Virus record (IMG/VR): IMGVR_UViG_2716884858_000003
Location: 50,479 to 114,478 of that record
Length of the DNA: 64,000 nucleotides
Source: a virus
Lineage: Duplodnaviria > Caudoviricetes
Direction: 5' to 3' (one strand)
The translations under genes were made by a program, and so were the position numbers. The notes under the pieces were generated by a model. The model did no database searches. It was not told the origin of the DNA and saw only the letters and a list, made by a program, of their open reading frames with translations. Within the stretch, counting starts at the first letter, position 1. The number at the start of each line of letters is the position of its first letter. This document shows, piece by piece, positions 38,801-47,625 of this stretch.

Positions 38801-39449
38801 GGCCGGGATCCTCCTGCACGTCATCGCCGAGTACGACGTCGACGCCTCCGCCTACCTCCAGTGGACACAGGTCGTCTGCACCGACGGCGCGATGTACTAC
38901 CTCGACGACCTCGGCGCACGACAGGACGCCATCCCCGACGGGGCGACGATCGTGCCATGCCCGGGGAGCACGGAGACGTGCGCGAAGACGGTCATCGAGC
39001 GGTGCGGCTGCGACGACACCGACGGCGACGGCATCGGTGACGTCCAGTACACCGAGCTGTGGGCCGTCGACCCCTGCGACGGCGCCGCCCCGACCCTGCT
39101 GGGTACCTACCTCGACGGCGACCTCACCCAGCCGTACACGCCGGTCTCGCCGGTCGACTGCACCGCGGCGGAGGCGCTGCCGGGGCCGCTGAGCACCGGT
39201 GTACGGGCCGTGACCGGCACGGCGGCGCAAAACATCGCGGGCAGCTTCCCCGGTGTCCAGAGCGTCAGCCTTACCGTCTTGAGTGGGAGCGTCGCGGCCA
39301 CCATGTCGGACGGCTCGGCAGTGCCGATCCCGGCCGGGGTGACGATGACGTGGTCCGTCGCCCAGGACAGTGACACCGCCCTCGCCGCGGCCTCCTTCGC
39401 CGGGGCGACCGCGGCAGCGAGCTACCTCCTGAACTGGACGTACCGCTGA
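35883..39449 (+). CDS. Cys-rich modular repeat protein, paralogue of 32629 (1188 aa)
   Basis: Same modules in different order; GTGA coupling. Confidence 0.8.
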   Translation: MSGCCGQGPVIVSQAAAATARVDVEPLLLCDVLPDGTIAGLAQVESVYDANTGARLSTRIVNPTTGATYTPTGTLGLCSPPADECARQITQVTRCDDTTGDGVGDTEYVEVWALDPCDGGTPQLVGTYLAGDYSSAYTPTAPAPCPTQTPDTPVVLGTVCYDDGAGGTGTAAVLKCAACGDPAVTYLDLATGAVLTAPAIVPCPAAADRTTQLLCDVQADGTSSPLLRTFTTDDTGTTTADTLLDGTTAYTPTGTVGVCLPVNDCASPTTPTATIGLCLPDGTPIAVTVVRDCDGVVTSEGWINLQTGAYSAGAPPVGTVACGSSQSVQVSGTFCDVNATGDVVGLVLIEYSYAAGGTIDSVRLVDATTGATYTPTGTVTTCPVGVEQPEQDVVQLCDTAADGTVTAMVRDYRRDETGAIVGHSDYLLDGSPYVPTGTVGDCQPDPQPERDLAVLCDVQANGSVTTFLRDYARDAAGTVTGHADYALNGSAPYAPTGTVGVCQPPPCKDCETLLLCDDGADDPALITGTASSGTLSNGVTWQATGPSPFSPGRNNADGSWWGLGTFPNSVTPNTTWTFNRPVDVEFSVIIRHAGGTGPTDNTAQIPAGAEVVSLPYGYHYDPATRILSADSTVTDCAVLATPSQAAGARFRLTNPVTSFSLRYLGARVANCGQFGNWYFGAITVTSSGQFLRTLCRDCTGAVVSTTDTGLDGVTPYTLLGTPGLCADTGAEADSADVDPLLLCDTDTAGTVTQFLRHYVYDGSTGALDSFRDTGLDGSTPYVPSTGGTVGQCQPTACEFTPVCVRPSGRVEFLSNPAGGTSGVDADWTWGQSLAGPWFPTYRVGVYPGWTTVDLGTAEGTAHWIAPHPDSQLANTGQPGEGPAITAATPDWYGRASFQLPSFADPATIRISATALNADQLAVEWRLNGGAWQPVNSSHAQPPYTLAPTAVPGAQAGLNEIVVHVRETVFPTGAAGILLHVIAEYDVDASAYLQWTQVVCTDGAMYYLDDLGARQDAIPDGATIVPCPGSTETCAKTVIERCGCDDTDGDGIGDVQYTELWAVDPCDGAAPTLLGTYLDGDLTQPYTPVSPVDCTAAEALPGPLSTGVRAVTGTAAQNIAGSFPGVQSVSLTVLSGSVAATMSDGSAVPIPAGVTMTWSVAQDSDTALAAASFAGATAAASYLLNWTYR

Positions 39450-39703
39450 TGGCCACCCCCCTTCTCCAGACCGCCGACCAGGAGGCGCTGATGAGCGACG
39501 ACACCACCGAGACCACGCCCGGCCCGGCGCCCGGCCCGCGCTACTTCACGAAGGGGGGCGAGAGCGTGCAGGTCGTCTACCACCTGAAGGACCCGGCGCC
39601 GTACTTCGAGCTGGGCTACGAGGAGGTAGACGAGGCCGCCTATCTCGCGAGCCTGCCGGACGTCTTCGCCTCGCCGCTCCCCACCGCCCCGGAGGGCGAC
39701 TGA
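39449..39703 (+). CDS. Small acidic protein (RYF..GYEEVDEAAY)
   Basis: TGATG coupling; alternative start ATG 39491 with AGGAGG. Confidence 0.7.
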   Translation: MATPLLQTADQEALMSDDTTETTPGPAPGPRYFTKGGESVQVVYHLKDPAPYFELGYEEVDEAAYLASLPDVFASPLPTAPEGD

Positions 39704-40350
39704 TGGCGGGGAGCTGCTGCGGGTCAACCCGCGTCGTCCCGCGCCTGGACCCGGCGCCGTGCAACGCGCTCACACAGGCGGCGGCCGGGCTCCTCGTGCC
39801 ACGTGCCGAGGTCGCCGGGATCGCCCCCGGTGGCGCGGTCTCGGCGACGCGCTCGGTCGACGTGGACGTGCAGGCTCCGGCCGCCGGTGCCTGCCCGCAG
39901 ACCTGGACGGTCGGGGCGCGCCTCACCCCGGTCAGCGGTGAAGCCTTCGGAGCGGATGCGAACCTGCAAGCCGTTGCCTCCGGAACGTGGGTGGCAACGA
40001 GTGCCCAGGTCGTGCTGCCCGAGGCGGGGACGTACGCCCTTTCCGCCGACTTCTATTCGCACATTGCCGCGACCACGCCGTGGGCGGTGGCGATCAACGC
40101 CCGTCTGGTCAACGTCACCGCCGGAACGCCCGTGACTGGTAGCACCAGGCGGATTCAGTTCGGCAACATCAACGACGGCGGTGGCACGGTGATGGCGCTG
40201 CAGAACGCCGGCAGCCTCAGCACCGTCCTCACCGTCACCGGGCCGACGACGATCCGCGTGGAAGGGCAGCGGCAGTACGTCGGCTTCAACGACTCCACTC
40301 AGGCGCTCCTCGGAGGACCACGCCTCGGCTTCGTGAAGGTGAGCGACTGA
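39703..40350 (+). CDS. Cassette protein 1: constant N-domain plus variable beta-sandwich, ends KVSD
   Basis: Paralogy with next two genes. Confidence 0.8.
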   Translation: MAGSCCGSTRVVPRLDPAPCNALTQAAAGLLVPRAEVAGIAPGGAVSATRSVDVDVQAPAAGACPQTWTVGARLTPVSGEAFGADANLQAVASGTWVATSAQVVLPEAGTYALSADFYSHIAATTPWAVAINARLVNVTAGTPVTGSTRRIQFGNINDGGGTVMALQNAGSLSTVLTVTGPTTIRVEGQRQYVGFNDSTQALLGGPRLGFVKVSD

Positions 40351-40997
40351 TGGCGGGCGCATGCGGGCGTACGTACCGCGTCGACGCGCCCGTGGACCCG
40401 GCGCCGTGCAACGCCCTCACCCGGACGGCGGCCGGGCTCCTCGTGCCGCACACCGCCCTCCAAGGCATCGCCCCCGGCGGCGCGGTGTCGGCGCAGCGCT
40501 CGGTCGACATCGACGTCACGGCGCCTGCCGCCGGAGCGTGCCCGGAGACGTGGGCGGTCGGCGGCCGGCTCACGCCGGTGAGCGGGCAGACATCCGGAGC
40601 TGTCGGCCTTGGCGCTGCCCCCTTCGACACGTGGACCCCTGTCACCGGGGCCCAGCTGACGCTGCCCGAAGCAGGCGTCTACGAAGTGATCGCTGACATG
40701 CAGGGCGGCGTGATCATGCAGGGCAGTGTCTCCAACGCGTGGCTCCAAGCCCGGCTCTTTGACGTCACTGCCAACGCCGCGGTACCGCTCACTACGCGGA
40801 CCATCACCCTCTTCGCCGCTACGCCCGCAGTCGGCGTCATCCACACCCTCCACGGCAACGCCTCGGCAGCGGCGTTGTACCAGGTGGCGGGGCCGACAAC
40901 GATTCGAGTTGAGGGCCTGAAGCACGTCGACAGCGGAACCACAAGCGGGCAAGCCGTCTGGGCACTGAACTTCCGGTTCAAGAAGGTGAGCGACTAA
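40350..40997 (+). CDS. Cassette protein 2
   Basis: MAGACG..CNAL..GIAPGGAVS..ACPETW.VG.RLTPV; ends KVSD. Confidence 0.8.
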   Translation: MAGACGRTYRVDAPVDPAPCNALTRTAAGLLVPHTALQGIAPGGAVSAQRSVDIDVTAPAAGACPETWAVGGRLTPVSGQTSGAVGLGAAPFDTWTPVTGAQLTLPEAGVYEVIADMQGGVIMQGSVSNAWLQARLFDVTANAAVPLTTRTITLFAATPAVGVIHTLHGNASAAALYQVAGPTTIRVEGLKHVDSGTTSGQAVWALNFRFKKVSD

Positions 40998-41686
40998 TGG
41001 CGGGCGCATGCGGGCGTACGTACCGCATCGACCCGAAGCTGGACCTGGCAACGTGCAACGGCCTGACGCAGACGGCGAGCGGCCTCCTCGCGCCGCGTAC
41101 GCAGGTGGCGGGCATCGCCCCCGGCGGCGCGGTGTCGACGGAGCGCTCGGTAGACGTGGACGTGACGCCCCCGGCCGCCGGGGCGTGCCCGGAGAGCTGG
41201 CAGGTGGGGGCGCGGCTCACGCCCGTGTTCGGGACCCGTAACGCCGGGCAGGCGGACCTCCGCACCTCGGCTCTGGGTCAGCAAGTGGTGCTGCCGAACA
41301 GTCAGGTCCTGCTCCCCGAGCCGGGCGTCTACCGGCTCACCGCCCACCTGTTCGGTATTGCGACCTGGAACTTCAACGGCAGGCACATCGCCTCCATCTC
41401 GGCGCTGTGGTTCAACACCACAACGAACGCCTTCGTCCCCGGCAGCCCGCGGTGGGTGCTCCTCCACGACGCGCCCGGCAGGGTGAGCCCGGAAACCGGC
41501 CTCAAGAGCATCGGCGGGAACGCGGTGTGCGAAGGGGTCGTCACCATCACGGCTCCGACGAGTTACGAGATCCGAGCACTGCGAGGCACTGGCGACGCGG
41601 GAACGCAGGCCAACGCCAACCTCCAGCACTACCTGACCGGCGGCATCCCCCAGCAGGGGATCTTTTGGCAGAAGGTGAGCGACTGA
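40997..41686 (+). CDS. Cassette protein 3
   Basis: Same N-domain; ends KVSD. Confidence 0.8.
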   Translation: MAGACGRTYRIDPKLDLATCNGLTQTASGLLAPRTQVAGIAPGGAVSTERSVDVDVTPPAAGACPESWQVGARLTPVFGTRNAGQADLRTSALGQQVVLPNSQVLLPEPGVYRLTAHLFGIATWNFNGRHIASISALWFNTTTNAFVPGSPRWVLLHDAPGRVSPETGLKSIGGNAVCEGVVTITAPTSYEIRALRGTGDAGTQANANLQHYLTGGIPQQGIFWQKVSD

Positions 41687-42177
41687 TGACGGGAACGGCC
41701 GCGAGTCTCAACCGGGTTGACGGAGCGTGGGCAGAGTCGACCGCGCTCAACTTCCTGCACACGCTCACCGGGGCACTCCGGGCGTGGGAGGCCGTGCCCG
41801 AGGTGCCGTTGCTGACCATCCCGCGCGCCGGCGTGTGGGAGGTAAATATCCAGGTGCGCGGTGTCGCGTCGCTCCCAGCGCCGGGCGCGGCGGCCAGCGA
41901 CACAGGCGTCGTGGCCGGCATGTACAAGAACGGGGCCCTCGTCCCCGGTACGGAGGCCATGGTCATCTACCACAGCGAGGGGGCGGGCGACCAGGGCAAA
42001 CAGATCCAGGCGACGGGCTCGCGGCAGTTCATGCACTTGTTCGCTGCCGGGGACACGGTGGGGCTCGGCGCCTATCGCCTCGGCACGTTCGGCAGCGCCG
42101 CGGTGGTCAGCAACGGGGACGGACGCACGTACATCTCGGCTCACTGGGTCGCTCCGGAAGGAGACACCCCGGCATGA
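41686..42177 (+). CDS. Stand-alone beta-sandwich (C1q/TNF-like) protein
   Basis: TGATG start; LTIPRAGVWEV..F.AGDTV pattern. Confidence 0.7.
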   Translation: MTGTAASLNRVDGAWAESTALNFLHTLTGALRAWEAVPEVPLLTIPRAGVWEVNIQVRGVASLPAPGAAASDTGVVAGMYKNGALVPGTEAMVIYHSEGAGDQGKQIQATGSRQFMHLFAAGDTVGLGAYRLGTFGSAAVVSNGDGRTYISAHWVAPEGDTPA

Positions 42178-42236
42178 CCGGAACAGCAGCCAGTCTCGAC
42201 ACCGGCGGTAGCGGCTTCGCCGCTCTACCGGCATAA
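42174..42236 (+). pseudogene. 20-codon stub of a further MTGTAASL cassette
   Basis: Same first 8 residues as 41686 gene, own SD, early stop. Confidence 0.55.
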
Positions 42237-42263
42237 CCCCTCACCCCTCCTGGAGGTCTCCTC

Positions 42264-42746
42264 ATGTCCGGTACCAGCGGCAGCGTTTCGGCAGCAGCGG
42301 CAGCCGATGCCGAGTACGAGATCCTGTGCGACGTGCAGGTCGATGGCACCAGCACGCCGTTCCTGCGGCACTACACCACCAGCGGCACCGGCGCCCCGGC
42401 CGTCTCGGACACCGCGCTGGACGGCACCACGCCGTACGCGCCGACCGGCACCGTCGTACGCTGCGGCGCCTCGCCCAATCCACAGATCGACTCCTCGGCG
42501 CAGCGGCAGACCGGCGCCGGCAACGTCACCATCACGGCCGGGGCGCGCTCGGTGACGCTGCTGGTGTTCGCCGGCTCGCCCACGGTGGCGATCGGCGGAG
42601 GGGCGGCCGTCGCCTTCCCCGCGGGCAGCTCCGGCACGTGGTCGGTGGACCAGGGCGGGAAGAACGGCGAGAAACTCCAGGACGCTTTCGTGTTCACCGG
42701 GGTGGCGGGCTCGGATTTCATCGTCCTGTCCACGCGCGAGCTGTAA
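42264..42746 (+). CDS. Mini version of the modular proteins (one LCD module plus C-terminal domain)
   Basis: ILCDVQVDGTSTPFLRHY..LDGTTPYAPTGTVVRC; WSVD end domain. Confidence 0.75.
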   Translation: MSGTSGSVSAAAAADAEYEILCDVQVDGTSTPFLRHYTTSGTGAPAVSDTALDGTTPYAPTGTVVRCGASPNPQIDSSAQRQTGAGNVTITAGARSVTLLVFAGSPTVAIGGGAAVAFPAGSSGTWSVDQGGKNGEKLQDAFVFTGVAGSDFIVLSTREL

Positions 42747-42755
42747 CCGCGGCCG

Positions 42756-43064
42756 ATGCCCACGAACGGCACCTACACACCGCCCTCACCGCGCATCGAG
42801 CGCGCGACCGGGGTGACGGACGGCAGCGGGAACGTGACCTTCACCTGGCCCGCCGGGGCGTTCCCCGCTCCGCCTGTGGTGACGCACTCCATTGAGGCGG
42901 CGCCGGTCGGGGTGCGCACCGCGCGGATCACCGCTAACAGCGCGACCGCGACCACCTTCCAGGTGCTCGTCACGACCGGCGTGACCGTGCTCGGGATCAG
43001 CGTCCTGGGCCCCGGTGTCGCCGCGTCCGGGGTCACGGTGCACGCCCACGCTGTCGCCCCCTGA
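42756..43064 (+). CDS. Small beta-rich virion-type protein
   Basis: VTFTWP..F...PVV pattern; phage codon usage. Confidence 0.65.
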   Translation: MPTNGTYTPPSPRIERATGVTDGSGNVTFTWPAGAFPAPPVVTHSIEAAPVGVRTARITANSATATTFQVLVTTGVTVLGISVLGPGVAASGVTVHAHAVAP

Positions 43065-43082
43065 CGGCCGCTCCTCGCGGCC

Positions 43083-43151
43083 TAGACTCGAACTGCACGT
43101 CGCTGGTTTAGGGCCGGACGCGACTCCTCCACCAGGAGCCCCCTCATGGCC
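43083..43151 (+). promoter_or_regulatory. Late leader element
   Basis: TAGACT 43083; CGT-CG-CTGGTT-TAG-GGCCGG-ACG 43098-43120. Confidence 0.75.
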
Positions 43152-45056
43152 AAGTGCTGCGGCGTCCAGCCGTGCAACTGCCGCGTCGTTGCTGGGACCG
43201 GGACCACGGTCACCGGGAACGGCTCCGCGGCGAACCCCTACACGATCAGCGCGGACGGCGCCGGTGCAACCGCGCTCGCCGTCCAGGACACCCCCACCGT
43301 CGATCTCACCCTCACGGGTACCGGCGCGGCCGGCGACCCCTACGAGGTGAGTGCCGCCGTCGTCCTGGACCCCACCCCGCCCCAGGGCGGCACCAACCTC
43401 ATCGGCAGCGGCCCCGAGGGCCTGTTCCTGGAGTGCGCGGATGTACGCGGCTGCATCTCCGCAGGGGACGGAGCGAGCTACGACCTGGCCACCGGGGTGG
43501 TGGAGGCCCGCGTCTCGACGGACGCCGGGAACTCGGTCGCGTTCGGCAGCGACGGAGGCTTGTACGCCCCGCCCGCGAGCGGCGGCGCGCCCAGCGTCGT
43601 CACGGCCGGGGACACCGACACGGCGAACAACACTGTCACCGGCACCGGCGCGGCCGGCGACCCGTACGTGGTCACCACCGACGTCATCGTGGACCCGGCC
43701 CCGCCCGCCGGGGGAATCAACCTGCTCAACGCCGGGCCTGACGGCCTGTACGTGGAGTGCGCGGACTTGCGGCAGTGTTTCTCCGCCGGGGACGGGGCGG
43801 CCTACGACCCGGCCACGGGGGAGATCTCGGCGCGGGTGTCCGCTGACGCGGGCAACACCACGACCATCGGCGCGGACGGCGGCCTCTACACCCCCGCCGC
43901 GGCGACGGCGCTCGTGTCCGCCGACACCCCCACGGTGGACGTGACCGTGACCGGCAGCGGCGCGGCCGGCGACCCGTACCAGGTGGCCGCCGCGGTAATT
44001 CTCGACTCCACCCCACCTGGTGGTGGCAGCAACCTCCTGGAGGAGGGCCCGGGCGGGCTCTACGTGGAGTGCGCCGACGTGCGGCAGTGCTTCTCCGCCG
44101 GGGACGGCGCCGCGTACGACCCGGCCACCGGGGAGTTCTCCGCGCGCCTGTCGACCGACGCCGGCAACACCGTGGCGTTCGGTTCGGACGGCGGCCTGTA
44201 CTCGACCGGCGGCACGCCCACGGCGCTCCAGGCCGCGGACACCCCGACGCTCAACGCCACGGTGACCGGCACGGGGGCCGCGGGGGATCCGTACATCGTC
44301 TCTGGGGACGTCGTGGTCGCCCCGGAGCCCAACGGCGTGGAGGCGGCTGCAAACGGGCTCCTGGTGGCCCCCAGCGCGGACACCGGGAACCGGTTGGCGT
44401 TCGGCGCGGACGGCCGGCTGTTCGTGCCGTCGGTCCCGCCGCCGGAGGTCGGCTGCGGCCTCCAGGGCGACGGCACCGCCGCCTCTCCGCTGGCCGCGTT
44501 TCCCATCGCCGGCTCCCAGTCGTGGACGGACGACTGGAACTGTGACCCGGTCGCCAACAGCACGCTGAAGTGCGACCCGAGCAGCGGCGCCCTGTGGACG
44601 CCGCCCGAGCACAGCTCGGCCGCCGCCACCCTTCAGCAGAACCACCCGCTGGGCACGCCGACCATCGCTGTCACGGGCGGGTTCGTCCTCGTCGACTCCA
44701 CCGCCTGGTCCGAGGGCACCTACACAGCGGACTCCCTGAGCGCCTGCCGTGGCATCAGTTTCTCCACCCGGTTCACCGGCCACGTGGAACTCACCTGGCC
44801 GGCGAACGCTCAGTTCGACCTCGGGTATGCCGTGCAGATCAACGGCGGCGCCCTGGCCGTGCGGCAGACGCACAGCGTTCTCGCCAACGGCCCGGCCCGC
44901 CACGAGCGGTACAGCTTCGGCGTCTCGCAGGCGACTGTCCTGCCCCCGCACACCGGCTACGCGGTGCGCGTCTATCCGGCGATCCGCGTGACGGCCGGCA
45001 CCGTCACGATCAACCAGTGGATCACCGACACCGACCTCATCGCCATGACCCGCTAA
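43146..45056 (+). CDS. Fibre-like repeat protein (636 aa)
   Basis: Repeats of GTGAAGDPY..GLYVECADVR.C.SAGDG..DAGN..G.DGGLY; C-terminal beta domain. Confidence 0.8.
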   Translation: MAKCCGVQPCNCRVVAGTGTTVTGNGSAANPYTISADGAGATALAVQDTPTVDLTLTGTGAAGDPYEVSAAVVLDPTPPQGGTNLIGSGPEGLFLECADVRGCISAGDGASYDLATGVVEARVSTDAGNSVAFGSDGGLYAPPASGGAPSVVTAGDTDTANNTVTGTGAAGDPYVVTTDVIVDPAPPAGGINLLNAGPDGLYVECADLRQCFSAGDGAAYDPATGEISARVSADAGNTTTIGADGGLYTPAAATALVSADTPTVDVTVTGSGAAGDPYQVAAAVILDSTPPGGGSNLLEEGPGGLYVECADVRQCFSAGDGAAYDPATGEFSARLSTDAGNTVAFGSDGGLYSTGGTPTALQAADTPTLNATVTGTGAAGDPYIVSGDVVVAPEPNGVEAAANGLLVAPSADTGNRLAFGADGRLFVPSVPPPEVGCGLQGDGTAASPLAAFPIAGSQSWTDDWNCDPVANSTLKCDPSSGALWTPPEHSSAAATLQQNHPLGTPTIAVTGGFVLVDSTAWSEGTYTADSLSACRGISFSTRFTGHVELTWPANAQFDLGYAVQINGGALAVRQTHSVLANGPARHERYSFGVSQATVLPPHTGYAVRVYPAIRVTAGTVTINQWITDTDLIAMTR

Positions 45057-45068
45057 GGAGCCCTGACC

Positions 45069-45245
45069 GTGCGCTACTTCCTGCACAACAACGGCGGCTG
45101 GCTGACCGTCAGCGGCGACGCCGACGTGTTCAACGTCGTGCCCGACGGCTACCGCGAGGTGACCGAGGCCGAGTACAACGAGGCGGCCGGCGTCATCATC
45201 GTGGAGCTGCCGACCGGCAGCGACGGCGACCAGCCGGCCGCCTGA
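45069..45245 (+). CDS. 58-aa acidic protein (not in ORF track)
   Basis: SD AAGGAG, GTG; MRYF..PDGYREVTEAEY resembles 39449 and 60401 products. Confidence 0.7.
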   Translation: MRYFLHNNGGWLTVSGDADVFNVVPDGYREVTEAEYNEAAGVIIVELPTGSDGDQPAA

Positions 45246-45258
45246 AAGCTGCCTGCTC

Positions 45259-45284
45259 GCGGCCGGGTTCCAGGGCCCGGCCGC
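45259..45284 (+). terminator. Hairpin terminator
   Basis: GCGGCCGGG/CCCGGCCGC stem. Confidence 0.55.
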
Positions 45285-45287
45285 AGC

Positions 45288-45369
45288 TAGACTGAACTCG
45301 CCGCTGGCTTCGGGCCGGGCAACATGTCGCTGGTTGAGGGCCGGGCTTCCTGCACGTAGGAGGCACGGC
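45288..45369 (+). promoter_or_regulatory. Late leader element with two tandem hairpins
   Basis: TAGACT 45288; hairpins 45300-45320 and 45326-45346. Confidence 0.75.
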
Positions 45370-46047
45370 ATGTCCTGCCCGCTCATCGCGAACGCGGACG
45401 TCATGCGCATCACCCGGGTTGACCAGTGTGGCAACCCGATCCCCGGCCCCGACAACGGCTATGTGTTCGACTGCTTTTCGAGCCTGGCCATGAACAACAA
45501 CTCCGACGACGGCGACGACATCGAGTACAAGGCCGCCAACGGCCGCGTCTGCGGCTTCAAGAAGGGCTGCCCCACGTTCCGAGGCTTCGACCTGGAGCTG
45601 AACGTGTACTCCGTCTCCCCGGAGCTGATCGAGATCCTGACCGGCAACCCCGTGGTGCTCGGGTTCGACGGCAAGCCGATCGGTTTCGACACCTGCTCCG
45701 TCAAGTGCGACACCGGTTTCGCGCTGGAGCTGTGGGCGGAGGTGCTGGGCGAGGCGTGTGTCGCGGGCGCCACGGGCCAGTGGATCTACTTCCTCCTGCC
45801 GTGGGTGTCCAACGGCCTGCTGGGCGACCTGGAGATCGGCAGCGAGGCGGTCACCCTCCAGATCACCGGGTCCACCAAGACCGGCGGGAACTGGGGCGTC
45901 GGCCCGTACGACGTCCAGCCGGCGGACGCCGCCAACACCCCCGGCCCGCTCCTCACGCCACTGGACGCCAACTGCCACCGGCGCACGTTCATCACCACCG
46001 TCGCACCCCCGGCGCCGTCCTGTGACTACGTGCCGGTCCCGGTCTGA
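45370..46047 (+). CDS. Major tail (tube) protein
   Basis: MRITRVDQCG..KAANGRVC..FALELW..YFLLPW..WGVGPYDV; SD AGGAGG. Confidence 0.75.
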   Translation: MSCPLIANADVMRITRVDQCGNPIPGPDNGYVFDCFSSLAMNNNSDDGDDIEYKAANGRVCGFKKGCPTFRGFDLELNVYSVSPELIEILTGNPVVLGFDGKPIGFDTCSVKCDTGFALELWAEVLGEACVAGATGQWIYFLLPWVSNGLLGDLEIGSEAVTLQITGSTKTGGNWGVGPYDVQPADAANTPGPLLTPLDANCHRRTFITTVAPPAPSCDYVPVPV

Positions 46048-46115
46048 CCCAATGGCCACCAGTGCAGCCGCGCGGCGCCACGTCGCGCGGCTGCCGCGTA
46101 CCCAGGAGGTAAGGC

Positions 46116-46925
46116 GTGCCGCTCCAGACGACCGCGTGCAATCCGTGGCCGGTGGACCTGTGCTGCGACGTGGAGGGCGTGGAGGCGGCCACCCTGGAGC
46201 GGTGGCAGCGCGTGGCCACCCAGATCCTGTGGCGCTTGTCCGGCCGGCGCATCGGCGTGTGCGACGTGACCGTACGGCCGTGCAGGCGGGCGTGCCTGGA
46301 CTCCGGGCCGATCTCGTTCCAGGCCGGGGTTGGAACCGGCCCGTGGGTGCCGTACATCGGTGTGGATGGCGCCTGGCGCAACGCGTCGGTGTGCGGCTGC
46401 GCGCCGTCCGGCTGCTCCTGCTCGGAGCTGTGTGAGGTCAAGCTCGGCGGGCCCGTCCACTCCGTGGTGCGCGTCAACGTGGACGGGGTGGACCTGGTGC
46501 CGGGGGCGGAGTACCGGGTGGACGCGCCGAGCCTGCTGGTGCGCCTGGGCGGGGAGTGCTGGCCGCAGTGCCAGGAACTCGCCGAACCGGAGGGCGCCCC
46601 AGGCACCTTCACGGTCACCTACCGGTGGGGGATCGAGCCGGACGACTCCGCGGTTGCGGCCGCCTCGGCCATGGTCTGTCACCTCTTGAAGGGGTGCGGT
46701 GGGAACGGTTCGTGCGGATGCCGCGCGAACAGCAAGATCACCAGGCTTCAACGCCAGGGCGTCGAGATGGAGATGCCCGACCCCACCGTGTTCTACAGCA
46801 GCGGCCTGACCGGCATCCCGGAGGTGGACCTGTGGCTTATGACGGTGAACCCGGGACGGCTCTCGCGTCCGTCCCGGGTGTACTCCGTGGACTACAACCG
46901 CCCACGAAGGACGACGTGGCCGTGA
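46116..46925 (+). CDS. Head-to-tail adaptor-like protein
   Basis: LWRLSGRR.G.C.VTVRPC..WP.CQ..RQGV..TGIPEVDLWL..VNP. Confidence 0.7.
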   Translation: MPLQTTACNPWPVDLCCDVEGVEAATLERWQRVATQILWRLSGRRIGVCDVTVRPCRRACLDSGPISFQAGVGTGPWVPYIGVDGAWRNASVCGCAPSGCSCSELCEVKLGGPVHSVVRVNVDGVDLVPGAEYRVDAPSLLVRLGGECWPQCQELAEPEGAPGTFTVTYRWGIEPDDSAVAAASAMVCHLLKGCGGNGSCGCRANSKITRLQRQGVEMEMPDPTVFYSSGLTGIPEVDLWLMTVNPGRLSRPSRVYSVDYNRPRRTTWP

Positions 46926-46927
46926 TG

Positions 46928-47527
46928 TCACTCCACGTGCTTCCACTGCGCGCCTCGAAGGATGTTCGAGACGTTCGAGCGGCTGATGCCGTACTTGTCG
47001 GCGAGGGACTGCTGAGTGACCACACGCGGGACGTACTCCCGCCGAATGGCTCTGACTTGCTCGTCAGTCAGCAGCGCCATTGGCTGCCCCTCGCCCTTGG
47101 ATTGACGACCGGCAGTGTCCCTGTCCGTCATGTTCTGGGCGTGGTCGCCGAGGTAGAGGTGCCTGATGCTGATGCATCCCTCGTCCCCTCGGTGACAGGT
47201 GTGCAGCACCTGAGCCTCACCCGGGTCGCCGTGCGAGATGAGCCAGACCGCGCGGGCAGCCCACATCACCTTGCCGCCCACGTCGGCTTTCGGCCTGCTA
47301 CCACCACGGCTCCTCAACATCACGCACTCGTCAGTGGTAGCAGCAGCCGCGGCGACAAGCTCGGCCTGAAGCTCACCGCTGCGCCGGTGGGGGGTGCGCC
47401 CGTTGGGGTCCCGGCCGTTGTTCCGCCTGCTCCACTCGGTGCACGCGTTGCACCACTTGCTACCCCGAGGTGGGCGGGGGCATCGGGTGCCGTCGGCGAA
47501 GACCACCAGGCACGTAAACTCGGACAA
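46928..47527 (-). CDS. HNH endonuclease with C-terminal HTH
   Basis: VLHTCHRGDEGCISIRHLYLGDHAQN; LADKYGIS. Confidence 0.88.
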   Translation of the reverse strand: MSEFTCLVVFADGTRCPRPPRGSKWCNACTEWSRRNNGRDPNGRTPHRRSGELQAELVAAAAATTDECVMLRSRGGSRPKADVGGKVMWAARAVWLISHGDPGEAQVLHTCHRGDEGCISIRHLYLGDHAQNMTDRDTAGRQSKGEGQPMALLTDEQVRAIRREYVPRVVTQQSLADKYGISRSNVSNILRGAQWKHVE

Positions 47528-47625
47528 GTCGACTCCTACTCAGTCGGCGTTGCCCCCGGGACGGCGCCCACCGCTGTCCTGGGGGTCTGCTATGTCGGGT
47601 TCGACCGTAACGGGAGGGCCTGACA

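Noticed and set aside
39703-42236. Diversity-generating retroelement or shufflon
   Set aside because: No reverse transcriptase, no adenine-specific TR/VR pair, no invertase, all cassettes co-oriented
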